A stretch of 54,243 bases of DNA, taken from an uncultured virus (IMG/VR IMGVR_UViG_3300017732_000002) (lineage: Duplodnaviria > Heunggongvirae > Uroviricota > Caudoviricetes). Under the pieces are notes generated by a model that saw only the letters and a list, made by a program, of their open reading frames with translations, made no database searches and had not been told where the DNA came from. The first letter of the stretch is position 1, and every line of letters starts with the position of its first letter. The stretch lies in the IMG/VR virus record IMGVR_UViG_3300017732_000002; one strand, written 5' to 3'. Position numbers and translations under genes: made by a program. Below are positions 25,995 to 37,300 of this stretch, in pieces.

Positions 25995-27428
25995 TTAAAA
26001 TGTCCCACCGTCAATACCAGTGATAGTTACTGCACCACTTGATACTGTAAAGTTTGCACTAGCAAAACTTGCGATACCTTTGTTTGACGTTGTTGCGTCT
26101 TCTCCCGTAATTGTTATGCTACCAGCACCATTAGTTACGTCAATACCTTCACCTGCAGTGATTGTTCCTAATTGCATATCTCCATTTGAAGTATGTCCCA
26201 TTAGAATCTGACCGTTAGTTGGTGCAGAACCGTCTACAGAAGTTATTGAACCACTTAATGCTAAACCAACACCTTCCATGTTTCCAAATGCAACATTACC
26301 TGCTGAACCTGAAAATACTTCGGAAGTGTTTGTAGCGTCTGAGATAAACGTAAACTTATTTACTGAATCGTCATATCCAAAGAAACCAATTTTAGCAGAA
26401 GAACCGTCATGGTATCTAAACTCGATACCTCTGTCTTTGTTGTCGTCTGAGCCAGGAGCACTGTCTCCACCAACTGTAAAGATTGGGTCGTCTACTGTTG
26501 TAGTTGTTGAGTTAACAGTTGTGGTAGTACCGTTAACCGTTAAGTTACCTGTTACTGTTAGACTATTTCCTACAGTTACGTCATCAGGTAAAGCTACTGT
26601 GATTGTTTGTCCACTCGCAGAAGTTACAATCTCGTTTGTTGTTCCTACGATATTTAGCGCTTGAGAATCTAAGTCTACCGCACCTGTTCCTGAATCACCT
26701 GTAACGTCTAAATCTTGAGCAGTTATGTTTGAATCAACATAGTCCTTAACAGCAGCCGCTGTTGGGAACCCCGTATCTACATCATTACTTGAGATACCTT
26801 CTGATTCTGTAATAATAACTGCGTCTGCAATTTTAGCAAGTGTGACTGCGTCATTTGAGATAGTCATAACACCAGTGTCCGCCATAGTAGCGTCACCTGA
26901 CATTACGTTATCTATCCACTTAGATGTTCCTGTATCATACAGTAACATTGCACCGTCAGCTGCTGAAGTGATATTAGTGTCTGTTGCACCGTCAATTGTT
27001 GATGTTACTGTCCTAAAACCTAAATTTCCTGAACCATCGGTTTCAATTACCTGATTAGCAGAACCGTCTGCACCCATCAGTGTAAATGTTACATTTGAAC
27101 CAACCGCATTTGGCGATTTCAAAGCAACATAGTTTGTACCGTTGTCAGAATCTTCTCTAAGTTGAATCTCTGCACCAGCAGTCGCACCATTACCAACAAT
27201 TAAGTTAGCAGGTGTGGGTGTAGAACCCTTTATGATATCAGTAAAAAATTTACCACCAATTTCATGTATAACTGGGTTTGAACTTGAATCTACAGACTCA
27301 ATGAACAACTTTGAGGACGCACCGTCATTAGAACGGTCTTGGACATACGCCAATTCCGCTTCTGCTAAATCCGATACTGTAGGGCTAGAAACACCAGTCG
27401 TTCTTTTAATTTGAATTACTGTTGCCAT
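25995..27428 (-). CDS. tail fibre-like protein (477 aa)
   Basis: IQIKR..G...P...LAEAELAY; GNLTVNGTTTTVNST; DRGIEF; ends IDGGTF. Confidence 0.75.
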   Translation of the reverse strand: MATVIQIKRTTGVSSPTVSDLAEAELAYVQDRSNDGASSKLFIESVDSSSNPVIHEIGGKFFTDIIKGSTPTPANLIVGNGATAGAEIQLREDSDNGTNYVALKSPNAVGSNVTFTLMGADGSANQVIETDGSGNLGFRTVTSTIDGATDTNITSAADGAMLLYDTGTSKWIDNVMSGDATMADTGVMTISNDAVTLAKIADAVIITESEGISSNDVDTGFPTAAAVKDYVDSNITAQDLDVTGDSGTGAVDLDSQALNIVGTTNEIVTSASGQTITVALPDDVTVGNSLTVTGNLTVNGTTTTVNSTTTTVDDPIFTVGGDSAPGSDDNKDRGIEFRYHDGSSAKIGFFGYDDSVNKFTFISDATNTSEVFSGSAGNVAFGNMEGVGLALSGSITSVDGSAPTNGQILMGHTSNGDMQLGTITAGEGIDVTNGAGSITITGEDATTSNKGIASFASANFTVSSGAVTITGIDGGTF

Positions 27429-27554
27429 TTATTTTTTCCTCGTATAATTCTGTTATTAATCCCACATGGGTATATCCATAATGAACCTATCCACTCACAA
27501 TGTGGGTCGGAACTCACTGGTTGTTCCCTTGATATGTGTCTTATACTATTTATA
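27429..27554 (-). promoter_or_regulatory. late promoter TATAAATA (27547-27554) plus ~110-nt structured 5' leader
   Basis: Stems GGAAC/GTTCC and CCCACAT/ATGTGGG between promoter and GAGG SD. Confidence 0.6.
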
Positions 27555-27557
27555 CGA

Positions 27558-27764
27558 TTAGAAAGTGCCACCGTCAATGACTGTGGTAGTTTTCCACTTA
27601 TCGGTGGTTTGGTCGTATTGTAGATACCCTTTATCAGTTTCTGAAGCTTCTACGTCTTGTAGTTCCTGAATGGATTTTGCTGATAGATTAACGTCTGTAA
27701 CTCCAACTTTTAAAGTTTGTACTTTGATATTTCCTGTTCCTCTAAGTTTTCCTTTAATTGCCAT
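27558..27764 (-). CDS. small structural protein ending IDGGTF
   Basis: LQDV....DKGYLQYD..TDKW...IDGGTF fibre-type motif. Confidence 0.7.
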   Translation of the reverse strand: MAIKGKLRGTGNIKVQTLKVGVTDVNLSAKSIQELQDVEASETDKGYLQYDQTTDKWKTTTVIDGGTF

Positions 27765-27766
27765 GT

Positions 27767-28099
27767 TTACCTCGTTACGCCTGGCGTTACTGTTGCTTGT
27801 CCTTCAACGACACGACTTATTGAACCGCCACTGTCCGTTATCAATAAATCATATACATATCTTCCTGCTTCTAAAGCAGTTGTAATAGTATCAGTTAATG
27901 TCATTGTAACTGTTCCACCAACTCCATTATGTGAACATGTAAAGGTTGCGGCCGCATTTGAAGAACCATATGTTTTTCTTAATTGGGCAGTCGCAGTAAA
28001 TCCAGTGAGATTCAATACATCACCTACTGTATCTGTTAGGTCAACTTGTATAGCAAAGTCTGTACCTTGGTCTATGAATATGTTTGCGATTATTGCCAT
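27767..28099 (-). CDS. virion structural protein (BppU-like adaptor fold)
   Basis: NIFIDQGTDF, NLTGFTA.AQLRK.Y.S, GRYVYD, RVVEG.ATVTPGVTR; TATAAATA at 28105-28112. Confidence 0.75.
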   Translation of the reverse strand: MAIIANIFIDQGTDFAIQVDLTDTVGDVLNLTGFTATAQLRKTYGSSNAAATFTCSHNGVGGTVTMTLTDTITTALEAGRYVYDLLITDSGGSISRVVEGQATVTPGVTR

Positions 28100-28116
28100 T
28101 TAACTATTTATACCTA

Positions 28117-29529
28117 TTATGATTTACTAAATTGAGCTGCTGGAACTGTTTGGTGAGTTTTTTCTAGTGTTCCTTGATTATTTACATATACTTCTTGTAA
28201 TTTTCTTAAAGTTCCAGCGTCATTCAAGTACACCGCTTTAACTTTGGCAGCTGCACCAATACTTCTAGTTGTAGAATATGGTTGTTGGAAAATATAATTT
28301 TGTTGATAGTTCTGCTGGAACGGATATGGATTCTGTGCACTAGCAGGATATCTTCCTCTAGCATTTGCAGGATATGTAAATGGATACCTTCCCTGTGCTT
28401 GATAAGTGCCTGGCTGACGTGCAGTATAAATGAATGGATATCTTCCACGTGCGTTTGCTTGATAACTAAACGGTTGTTGTCCATTTGCTTGAGCTGGATA
28501 CATACCACGTGCACTAGCAGGATATCTTCCTCTTGCTTGGTAAGTTGCAGGGTATGGATATCTTGCTTGATAAGTGAATGGATAAGGCCCTTGAGCATTT
28601 TTTTGGTGTTGTGTACTACCCTGTCCCTGCCCATTGGTAATATAAGGTTGTTGACTTTGCTGTGTAAATGGATATCTTCCAGTTGCAATATATGGTTGTT
28701 GTGTTCTTGGAGTAAACGAATAAGGCTGTTGATACGCATAAGGAATCGGAAACTGTGAATTCAATTCAGGTTCTGGCCAAGGAGTTGTACCATTTACAGG
28801 TCTTCTTCCATTGGCAATAGAAGGTGTACGACCTCTTACATTCTGTGACCCTTGATAATATCCTTGTCTATTAGCAGGCCTTCGACCTTGGGCATTTGTG
28901 CCTGGGTCTTTAGGGTCAAAACTAAAAAAGAACGGATATGGAACTTGATATCCGTGAGGCCCAAAAAGGGGAGTAGATGTAGTAAACGGATATCTTGCCC
29001 TATTGACTACCTGTGTCCTCGCTGAATATGGATATGTACCACGGTGGTTAGCAGGACTAGGTCTACGGGCGCTATAGGTATACGGAAAAGTATATGCTAT
29101 TTGATAATTTTGTTGATAAGGATATGTACCACTTGCATTAGCAGGATATCTTCCCTGTGCTGTATAGTTTGCAGGATACGGATACCTTGCTTGATAAGCG
29201 AATGGATATCTTGCGATATATTCAAACGTATAGGGATTTTGTCCTATCGCAGGATAAGTAAATGGATATTGTCCTTGTGCTGAAGCAGGATATGGCGTCT
29301 GAGAGTTTGCAGGATATGGATATCTTCCACGTGCGTTTGCTTGGTAAGTAAATGGATATCTTGCCTGATAAGTAGTCGGAGTTTGACCAGTTACAGCTCT
29401 TTGTGCCTGCAAAGTACCCGTAACAGCTGCTTGACCTTGATACGGTTGTTGAAAATTGCCTGAACTACCTAATTGTCCTAGTTGACTATGCGGAGTGTTC
29501 TTGGTGTTTATATATATTTCGTCTGACAT
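28117..29529 (-). CDS. Tyr/Pro/Gln/Arg-rich repeat protein 2; predicted branched beta-hairpin appendage
   Basis: Same repeat vocabulary as 20371-21744; C-terminal KVKAVYLNDAGTLRKLQEVYVNN module. Confidence 0.85.
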   Translation of the reverse strand: MSDEIYINTKNTPHSQLGQLGSSGNFQQPYQGQAAVTGTLQAQRAVTGQTPTTYQARYPFTYQANARGRYPYPANSQTPYPASAQGQYPFTYPAIGQNPYTFEYIARYPFAYQARYPYPANYTAQGRYPANASGTYPYQQNYQIAYTFPYTYSARRPSPANHRGTYPYSARTQVVNRARYPFTTSTPLFGPHGYQVPYPFFFSFDPKDPGTNAQGRRPANRQGYYQGSQNVRGRTPSIANGRRPVNGTTPWPEPELNSQFPIPYAYQQPYSFTPRTQQPYIATGRYPFTQQSQQPYITNGQGQGSTQHQKNAQGPYPFTYQARYPYPATYQARGRYPASARGMYPAQANGQQPFSYQANARGRYPFIYTARQPGTYQAQGRYPFTYPANARGRYPASAQNPYPFQQNYQQNYIFQQPYSTTRSIGAAAKVKAVYLNDAGTLRKLQEVYVNNQGTLEKTHQTVPAAQFSKS

Positions 29530-29546
29530 TACACATTACTCATTCA

Positions 29547-31136
29547 CTATATCACAAACCAAAGGTGACCGTCAGAAGTTGAACCAACTGAGCCTGGAGC
29601 TGAGTTAGTTACTTCGTAGTCAATTTGCACATCATCTGCATTGACTTTTATACCTTTACCTGCGCCGATATTTATGGTGTTTTCTCCTGTAGCTTCTGTA
29701 GTTGCAAGCATACCAGCACCACCTTCAATATCACTGTGAATGGTTAATGTATTAGCGGAATCATTATAAGTTAAATCTATACCATTTCCACCTACTAGTC
29801 CACCGCCACCTAAGAAATCTAGGACATCTTCATTACCGTATTGAGCAGAACCATTAATTGTTAATGTGTTACTTGCATCGTCATATACAGTTGCTATACC
29901 TGTTCCACCAACTATCAGTGCATTAACTCTATCGTCAACTCTTTCGTTTGTAAAATATAAATTACTTGAACCTTCTGTCACACTGTCAGAAGTATTTTGG
30001 TCTGTAGCTTCGTATCTGCTATTACTTGAACTATAAACAAGTATCTGTCCGTCACTTGGGGCACTTCCACCAACGTCACTCAATCCTGTAATACTATGAT
30101 TAGAAATATCAGAAGTTGTACCTGTTAAAGTTCCTGTAAATGTACCTGTAATAGTTTTATTTGTTAAAGTCTGAGTATCAGTTGTACCAACTAATTCTTG
30201 GTCACCACCTGCAGGAAGTGTTAATGTATTTGTAACACCTTCACTATGTGGTTGAGGTCTAATAGTTTGACCATGAGAGTTAACATGACAGTTAAGTCTA
30301 ATCTGTCCTTCGGTTGAACCACCACCTCTAAATTCTGTTATGTATGTTGCTGAATTAACTTGAATATTACCTGAACTTGAACTCAACGGCCCAATGTGTG
30401 TTCCTGTAGTATCACCTGCAACGTTACCTGTTAAGTTACCAGCAAACGAAGTAGAAGTTATACTTGTCCAACCAGTACCATTACCACCAGTAAATGTTCC
30501 TGTTCCGTCTGTAATTGTTGGAGCAGTAAATGTATGACCAGTATCAACTGATAGATTACCGTCAACTTTAGTTACGCCTTCTAACTGAATGTTTATACCA
30601 GTATCTAATGAAGTGATAGAAGGAGTATTGGTTGCGTTTAATACTATACCATTACTATTATGGTTAAAGATTGTATTGTTTGCAGTTTCTGTAAATAGAG
30701 AACTACCACCGACACCACCACCTTGAACTGTTAAGAATGAACCAGTAAAGGCATGGATTGCGATTTTATCACCTGTGGTAGCACCTGAAATAAGTGTAAT
30801 CTGTTTGAATGTTCCGTCTGATTGTTGACTTGCTAAAACATAGTCGTCACCAACTCTTAACAATGCACCATTTTTATAAACCTGTATTCTATCTTTCTTG
30901 AATACTAGGTCATTACTAAATGCGTCATTTCCTGTAAATGCAGTTTGTCCACTGGTCGCAGTATAAAGAAACTCTTGATAGAAGAATGTTTTATCTTCTA
31001 TACTATTGATTGCGTCTATTAGGTTTCCTGTAACGTCTGTTCTTAAGCCAGAGATATCCCCAACGTCATTTGCTAAATCGTTGTAACGAGTTCTAAAGTT
31101 TTCTAACGTACTAAATTGGTCAATCGTTTTTGCCAT
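29547..31136 (-). CDS. fibre-like structural protein (529 aa)
   Basis: TLENFRTRYN N-terminus, ATSGQTAF/VYKNG module, TDTQTLTNKT, EGSSNLYFTNERVDDRV, ends DGHLWFVI. Confidence 0.75.
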   Translation of the reverse strand: MAKTIDQFSTLENFRTRYNDLANDVGDISGLRTDVTGNLIDAINSIEDKTFFYQEFLYTATSGQTAFTGNDAFSNDLVFKKDRIQVYKNGALLRVGDDYVLASQQSDGTFKQITLISGATTGDKIAIHAFTGSFLTVQGGGVGGSSLFTETANNTIFNHNSNGIVLNATNTPSITSLDTGINIQLEGVTKVDGNLSVDTGHTFTAPTITDGTGTFTGGNGTGWTSITSTSFAGNLTGNVAGDTTGTHIGPLSSSSGNIQVNSATYITEFRGGGSTEGQIRLNCHVNSHGQTIRPQPHSEGVTNTLTLPAGGDQELVGTTDTQTLTNKTITGTFTGTLTGTTSDISNHSITGLSDVGGSAPSDGQILVYSSSNSRYEATDQNTSDSVTEGSSNLYFTNERVDDRVNALIVGGTGIATVYDDASNTLTINGSAQYGNEDVLDFLGGGGLVGGNGIDLTYNDSANTLTIHSDIEGGAGMLATTEATGENTINIGAGKGIKVNADDVQIDYEVTNSAPGSVGSTSDGHLWFVI

Positions 31137-31359
31137 TTGTTCTCTCTAATATTTCACCTAATAGTTGTTTTATCTCTGTCATTTCTACTTTTAAAGTATT
31201 TATTTCCTCTCGCTGTATTTGAAAAACTTTTTTTCTTCTAATAGCAGCTTGATATCCGTTGATATCATTATTAATAATCGCACTTGAACTTTCTTCTCTA
31301 AGTAGAGTCGAATGTCCTTCTACTTTTGCATGTCCTTTTTCGTAAGCGAACTTTGACAT
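31120..31359 (-). CDS. conserved small coiled-coil protein downstream of VrlC-like gene
   Basis: KVEGH..L.R...S.AIIN.D...Y, EI..LK.E..EIK.LL. Confidence 0.75.
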   Translation of the reverse strand: MSKFAYEKGHAKVEGHSTLLREESSSAIINNDINGYQAAIRRKKVFQIQREEINTLKVEMTEIKQLLGEILERTNGKND

Positions 31360-31363
31360 AATA

Positions 31364-34300
31364 TTATGTTGCTAATGCAATCGCTCTCAGGTTACTTACA
31401 AGTGGGACTGTGGAAGTATTAGTTGACTGTCCTACAATCTTAATTGCAAATGCTGAGAACTCTGCTAGTCCCTCTTGAGTATAATTATATTCTTTAAAGT
31501 TTCTTGCGTCATTTCCTACAGCGATATCTGGCGAACCGTCTGTATTAAAATATCTCCAACCGATATCATCGAATGGTGTCGAGTTATCGTTTTCTAACAC
31601 CTTGTAAAGAACTTTTAAATCAGTTCCCGAAGGTCTAAATCCGTCTAACATTACCTTCACGGCGGTGCCAGGCGTAGCCAGAGACGCCTTTCTTGTACAG
31701 TATACAAATGCATTGTTGTCACCATCGGGTTCCGTAGAATCAACATATGTGATTCCTGTAGGTACATCTGAACTACTGTCTATGTTATTTAATCTGTTCA
31801 TGATACCTAATGCACCTAAAGAAGAAATGTCAATCATTGGTGACAAGTTACCCCTAGGTGATTGCATTTGCAAAGTACAAGTAAATGACTTCACACTTGC
31901 CATTTCATTAGTTTCATTGATAGGTGAAGCAACAATCGAAGGTTGGTCTAAGAAGTGGTTATCATTTAATGTGATAAACTCTGCAGTATTGTTTTTAACA
32001 TATGCAGTTCCACCAACACCTTCTGGCGATTTCATTGCAGTTGTTCTAATATTAGTATGCAACAATGTTCCTTTCAATTGAACACTTGGTATCATTGTGT
32101 GTATTGTATCGAAGTAATAGTTTCTTTGTGCGGTTGCGTTTCCACCACCACTTTGTGTGCTTTCTAGAGCAACATAACCTGTTTTAAGGTCTGTACTAGA
32201 CAAGTCGGGTATTACCGTATAACTATCAATGTCTGTTCCTGAGATAGCGGTGTATGTTCCATTGATACATGATATTGGAATACCACCGATTGTTTGGTCT
32301 ACTGTGTCAATGTCAATTTCTACTGTGTTAGTTGCACTACCAAAGTTTGTTACTGTTAGTTTGTTTGAAGTTGTATATCCAAAGCCAGGGTCTGCAATTT
32401 TAATTGAAGTTATACTTCCACTTGATACAGTGATATCTAATTTACAACCTGTTCCTGAACCGTCAGTAGTTGTCGCAACTCCTGTTGAAGTAGAACCCAT
32501 GGTTCCAGTTGTTGCTATTGAACCTTCTGCTTCTATGTTTATAATCGCACCAGTTTTTTCTCCTGTAACTCCCGCTATAACAGCGTTAGAAGAATTATCA
32601 TACATACCGTGTCCATATGCATAAACTCTTACGTAGTTTTCACCAGCATATGATTCGATTGGATTATTTTGTAAAGGTGAAGCTTCTAATGCTTTGTTAT
32701 TAAATTTAACAATAGGTCTCTTAGAAATATCAAACCTTGCATACTTCAAATGGAACTTGAGGTCATCTGTTTGTTCTGCAGTCCATGTTGAAGCATTTTG
32801 AGATGCGAATAATGAACCAGCATATGGTTGTCCTGAAATTGTTTGTCCTGTTACTAAGTCTGTTTCACCCATTCTTGAAATGAATGCTTCATACTTGTTA
32901 GAGTTTGAAAGAACTACAAAACAATATTCTTGATTCTGTTCTAAGAATACTGGACTTTGGAATGTGAATGTTGTAGAAACTGAACCGTCCTGTGACAAAT
33001 TAACGTCTGCAGGATTTTTTGTAACCTCTGAGAACGGTAATATAATTTGGCCAGGATATCCATTAACCATGTTTCTAATTTCTACAGATACAGGTAAACT
33101 CTCGTCTTTAGTTTTAAAGAACAAGTCTACTTCTGTTAAGTACATACCACCACTTTTATCAACTAAGAATGATTGTGCAAGCGGATCCATCCACCCACCA
33201 AATTCAAATACATTGAAATCAAAATCAAAATCTATGTTTAACGGTAGATTTATGTTAGGTATTGGTGGCGGTGGCAACGGCGGGTCTTCCCTTGGTGGGT
33301 CAGGTTCCGCTGGTGGAGTTGCTGGAAAATTAGGGTCAGGTAATGGTACTGGTGGTGCGTCAGTATCCACATTACGTGAGTTCATTTGTTCACCACGTCT
33401 TGTTATCTGTCTTTCACCCGCTGTAGCACCTACTATAGTTCTACCATTTCTAGTAGAAATAATTTCTGTTTGATTAGTTTGTAGTAAACCTTGAGCACTA
33501 AATTGTGCTTGACCACCCGATGAAGGGTTAGATTCATTGTATACACTTGACGTTACTTTTAAGTCTCTTTGACCTGTAGGGAATCTATCTGGCCCATTAT
33601 TAGGTAAATCAAAGTATGCACGAACTCTACCGTTACCATCTGCTTTAATTCCTGATGTAACACCTGTTCCACCGTCCTGAGAATAAGTTGCATTGAATGG
33701 TCTTACGAATCTGTTTACGTCTTGTTGGTCAAAGAATACGTAATGGAATGAATCAGGTTTTAAGTTTACTGCGTCAATCTCAATTGTTTGAGCACGTATA
33801 AATGGAATAACAGATATACTTACAACTCTGTCATTTCTATCTTCTACAAAATCTTCTACTACAGTAGTTCTAATACCAGTTCTACTTTGTGTTTCAATCG
33901 TATTTGTTATTTCTCTTGATACTTCTGTACCCGATACCCATTCACCACCTTGTGCTGGGTCACCACTCCATGAACCACTAGAAGTCGATAGAACCTCTGT
34001 AGACACAGTTGTAGGTTCTCCTACCCAGTTTGTTTGCCATGCATTCCAAACAGTTCCAAGGTCTGCACTTTCAGCTAACAATGCGTCAAAGTTACCTTCT
34101 CTGTTTATTCTTACTTCGGGTAATTGTGTTTGGTCTTGCCATATATCAGAAGCAGGAGTCAGACTTACATTTCCAATAAATGCAAATACGTGATAAGGGT
34201 TAACATTCATTGCCCTTGACGCTTTACTTTGATTTACATAAGTTGTACTTGTATAAGGTAAAGTAATTAAGTCACCCGTCTTTTGAAACTCTGAACTGTT

Positions 34301-37300
34301 AACTGAATCGAATTCAATATCGAAGAAGTTTTGGAAGTTCTTAGGTCTCAGTACGCCTGATTTCGTATCGACTGAACAATTATAATCTATATGGTTAACG
34401 TCTCCGACATTATGTCCTTTAAATGAATCCACAACAAAACCTGATTTGAATCTATCAAATCCGTCTGCATCTTTAAACTGCATTGTTTGTGTATCTCTTT
34501 CTAATAGAGATAGTGTTGTTAATCTTTCTAAGTTAGCAACACGATTTGATATCTTACCGATATCTTTCATTGTAAACCTTCTATGGTCTACACTTCTTAA
34601 TCTTACTCTCTTTAAATCGTCTGTGTAAGGTGGAATTCTTAACTCGTATAATTCAATTGCATCGTCAATACCTTTTGGTTTCATAGGAGTCAATGCAGGT
34701 GTTCCTTGAGCTATTTGGAATTCACCGTCTTTGTGTAAGAAGACTTTGTCAATTCTTCCAACATAGAAACTAATATCACCAACTACGTTTGAGCCTGGCA
34801 CTGGTACGTCTACCGCACTAGCACCTGTTGCTGAGATACCTGTTACAGCAGATTCAAATGATTTACTTGCATATGCAAATGGTGATGAAACAATACCCGA
34901 AGTCGTATTACTAATATTAATTGGTGATTCGGGGTTAGGTGTTGCTGAACCAAAAGTAGTTGTACCTAATAGTTGTCCTAATACTGGTCTAAAGTCTACT
35001 GCGTCTGCTAATTCAAACTCACCGTCAGGTTCTAAACCACCTAAGTCTACTTTACTTGGAACGTATCTAGGAATAGTTTCATAATCGATACCACTGTATG
35101 AATTTACGTCAAAGAAGTCACCGTTACCACTTGAAGTAAAGTAATCAAGTAAAACTAGTATCTGATTGTTAGCAGTTGGATTTCCTGGCTTCAATTGTAA
35201 TCTACCATGGTCATAGAATCCATCTCTTTGTCCATCGTCAAAGTAATATCTGTCTGTTATGTTTGTTGCACCTTGGTCAAAATTAGTTAAGTTACCAGTT
35301 GCTTTTGAAGTCTGTCCTACAAGAACTTCACCTTCTATAAATGTTTTGTTTAATGTGGTATAATAAAAATAACTCTTATTTGTAGAACCATTGTAATTTA
35401 CAATTACCGCACGTGCGTCTGAGGTATTACCTTTTATGACCTCAAAACTTTGAAATGGTATAGCAGGACTTGATGTCTCTGTAATTGTTCCCGAAGGTGG
35501 TAGAGGTGCAGTTGCACCATTACCTTCATAGATTGCACGAACTTTAAATACGTCTGCAACACCTAGGGATATTTCTTTATCGTTATAACATGTTCCGTAG
35601 AATCCACCTGTGGTTCTAGAGTTTACAACTGAGAGACACCTTGCTTGTTTTAGTGACTTATCTCTGTTAACTGGTGAATTAATATCTACAGTAAATGTTA
35701 CTTTTAGAATTGCACCGTCATCAGCAGTTGGGAACCCACTGAATTCTAAGTTGTTTCCTGAAATTGTATCTGTAAATGGTGCACCACTTAAGTTGTTGAC
35801 AACGTCAACCATGTCACCATTTACTAATGTAGGTGAACCTGATGTTTGTGCTTCTACAACTGAGAAGATATAGTTATCATCTGTTCTTGTTGAAAAGGAT
35901 TCTCCTGAACCACATGTAAGTGTAATTGTACCACTTGACAATGTTACGTTTTGTGACCTTCTTACTTGTACTTGGTCGGGTGTATGTGTTTTTACATAGT
36001 CTCTTGGCCATGCAAATATGGACGCAACTTGTTCTTGGTCAAATACTCTTGTTCTTCGTCTAGTTGCGTTTGCGTTTGTTAAAGCAGTTCCTACCGCACC
36101 TGTTAGTGTAGCAGCTATATCACTGGTTATAGAAGAAATAACTCTTTCGTTACCAGCACCGTCAATAACTATATCACCTTCTTTAAGTTCTGCAGTAAAT
36201 TTAGTTGCAAAACCTGTTACACTTGTAGAAGACATTGATACTTGACCAGTTAATATAAAGTCTTGGTCTGTGTATATGTCTGCAGTGAATGTTTCTCTTG
36301 CGGTTACATTTGGTGCTTGTGATATTCCACGAACTCTGTCAATATTATATGTTCTTACTTCGTTAGCAGTTCCTCTAAAATTCTCACCAGTATGTTGACC
36401 AGCTGACATTGCAAAAGAACCATTTGTTGAACTGATTGCGTCTGCTGAAGTAAATGTTCCTACTACGTCATGGACGTATAATGCACCTGAACCATCGTCA
36501 TAACCGACAATAGCAGTTGCACCTGATACTGAACCTGTAATCTTATCACCAACTACTGCAGTACCACTATGTGCACTGTACTTAAGTTTGGTAAACATTT
36601 TGATATCAAATAGATATGCATTAAACCTAGTTGCATTATCCCAAACTTCTGAACTGTTTGAAGTTCCAGCAGTTGCCATATCAAAGTTTCTAATTCTTGC
36701 GAAACCAATTTGTCCACTAGTGTTTTCAGTTCCAGGCGTTGCTGTTACTGCGTCAAAAAGTTTTACGATACCATATGGTTTCTGTGCGTCTGTTCCTGAC
36801 TCATTACCGAATTCAGGAAGACCGTGTGAGTTTATTACTTTTACAAAGTTACCTAGTCTAACTGGTGTTGATGCACCTGTAAGACTTGCGGTGCTTCTTG
36901 CTTTTCTGATTGGTATAGTAGAGCCTACTAGTTTATCTACTTGGTATCCTTTAACATATGCTTTACCAGCAGAAGTTTTAACTACGAATTTAGATTCGTC
37001 ACCACCGTTAATTGTTGAATATACACCACCATTAGTTCCGTCATCTAAATGTTCTTTAAGATTTGGTACAAATTGGTTTACAATAAAATCACCCGAAGTA
37101 TCAAATGTTCTTTGTGCAAGTAAGTTTGCAAATGCATTGTACTCAGGTCTTTGGATTGACAGTTCCATGATTCCATTGTTAACTCTCATTAACTCAATGA
37201 AGTTTGCGTCTGTAGTGGAATCTATAAGATGTTTTGCTAAAGTTAATTCTATTTTTAATCTGTCAGCACCAGCTGCGTTCTCGTTAGAAGAACCCTGTGC

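Noticed and set aside
20371..29529. Repeat proteins as RiPP precursors or DGR targets
   Set aside because: No leader/core cassette with protease sites, no peptidase or transporter, no reverse transcriptase or adenine-specific TR/VR pair. The long-range pairing register favours an intact structural fold.
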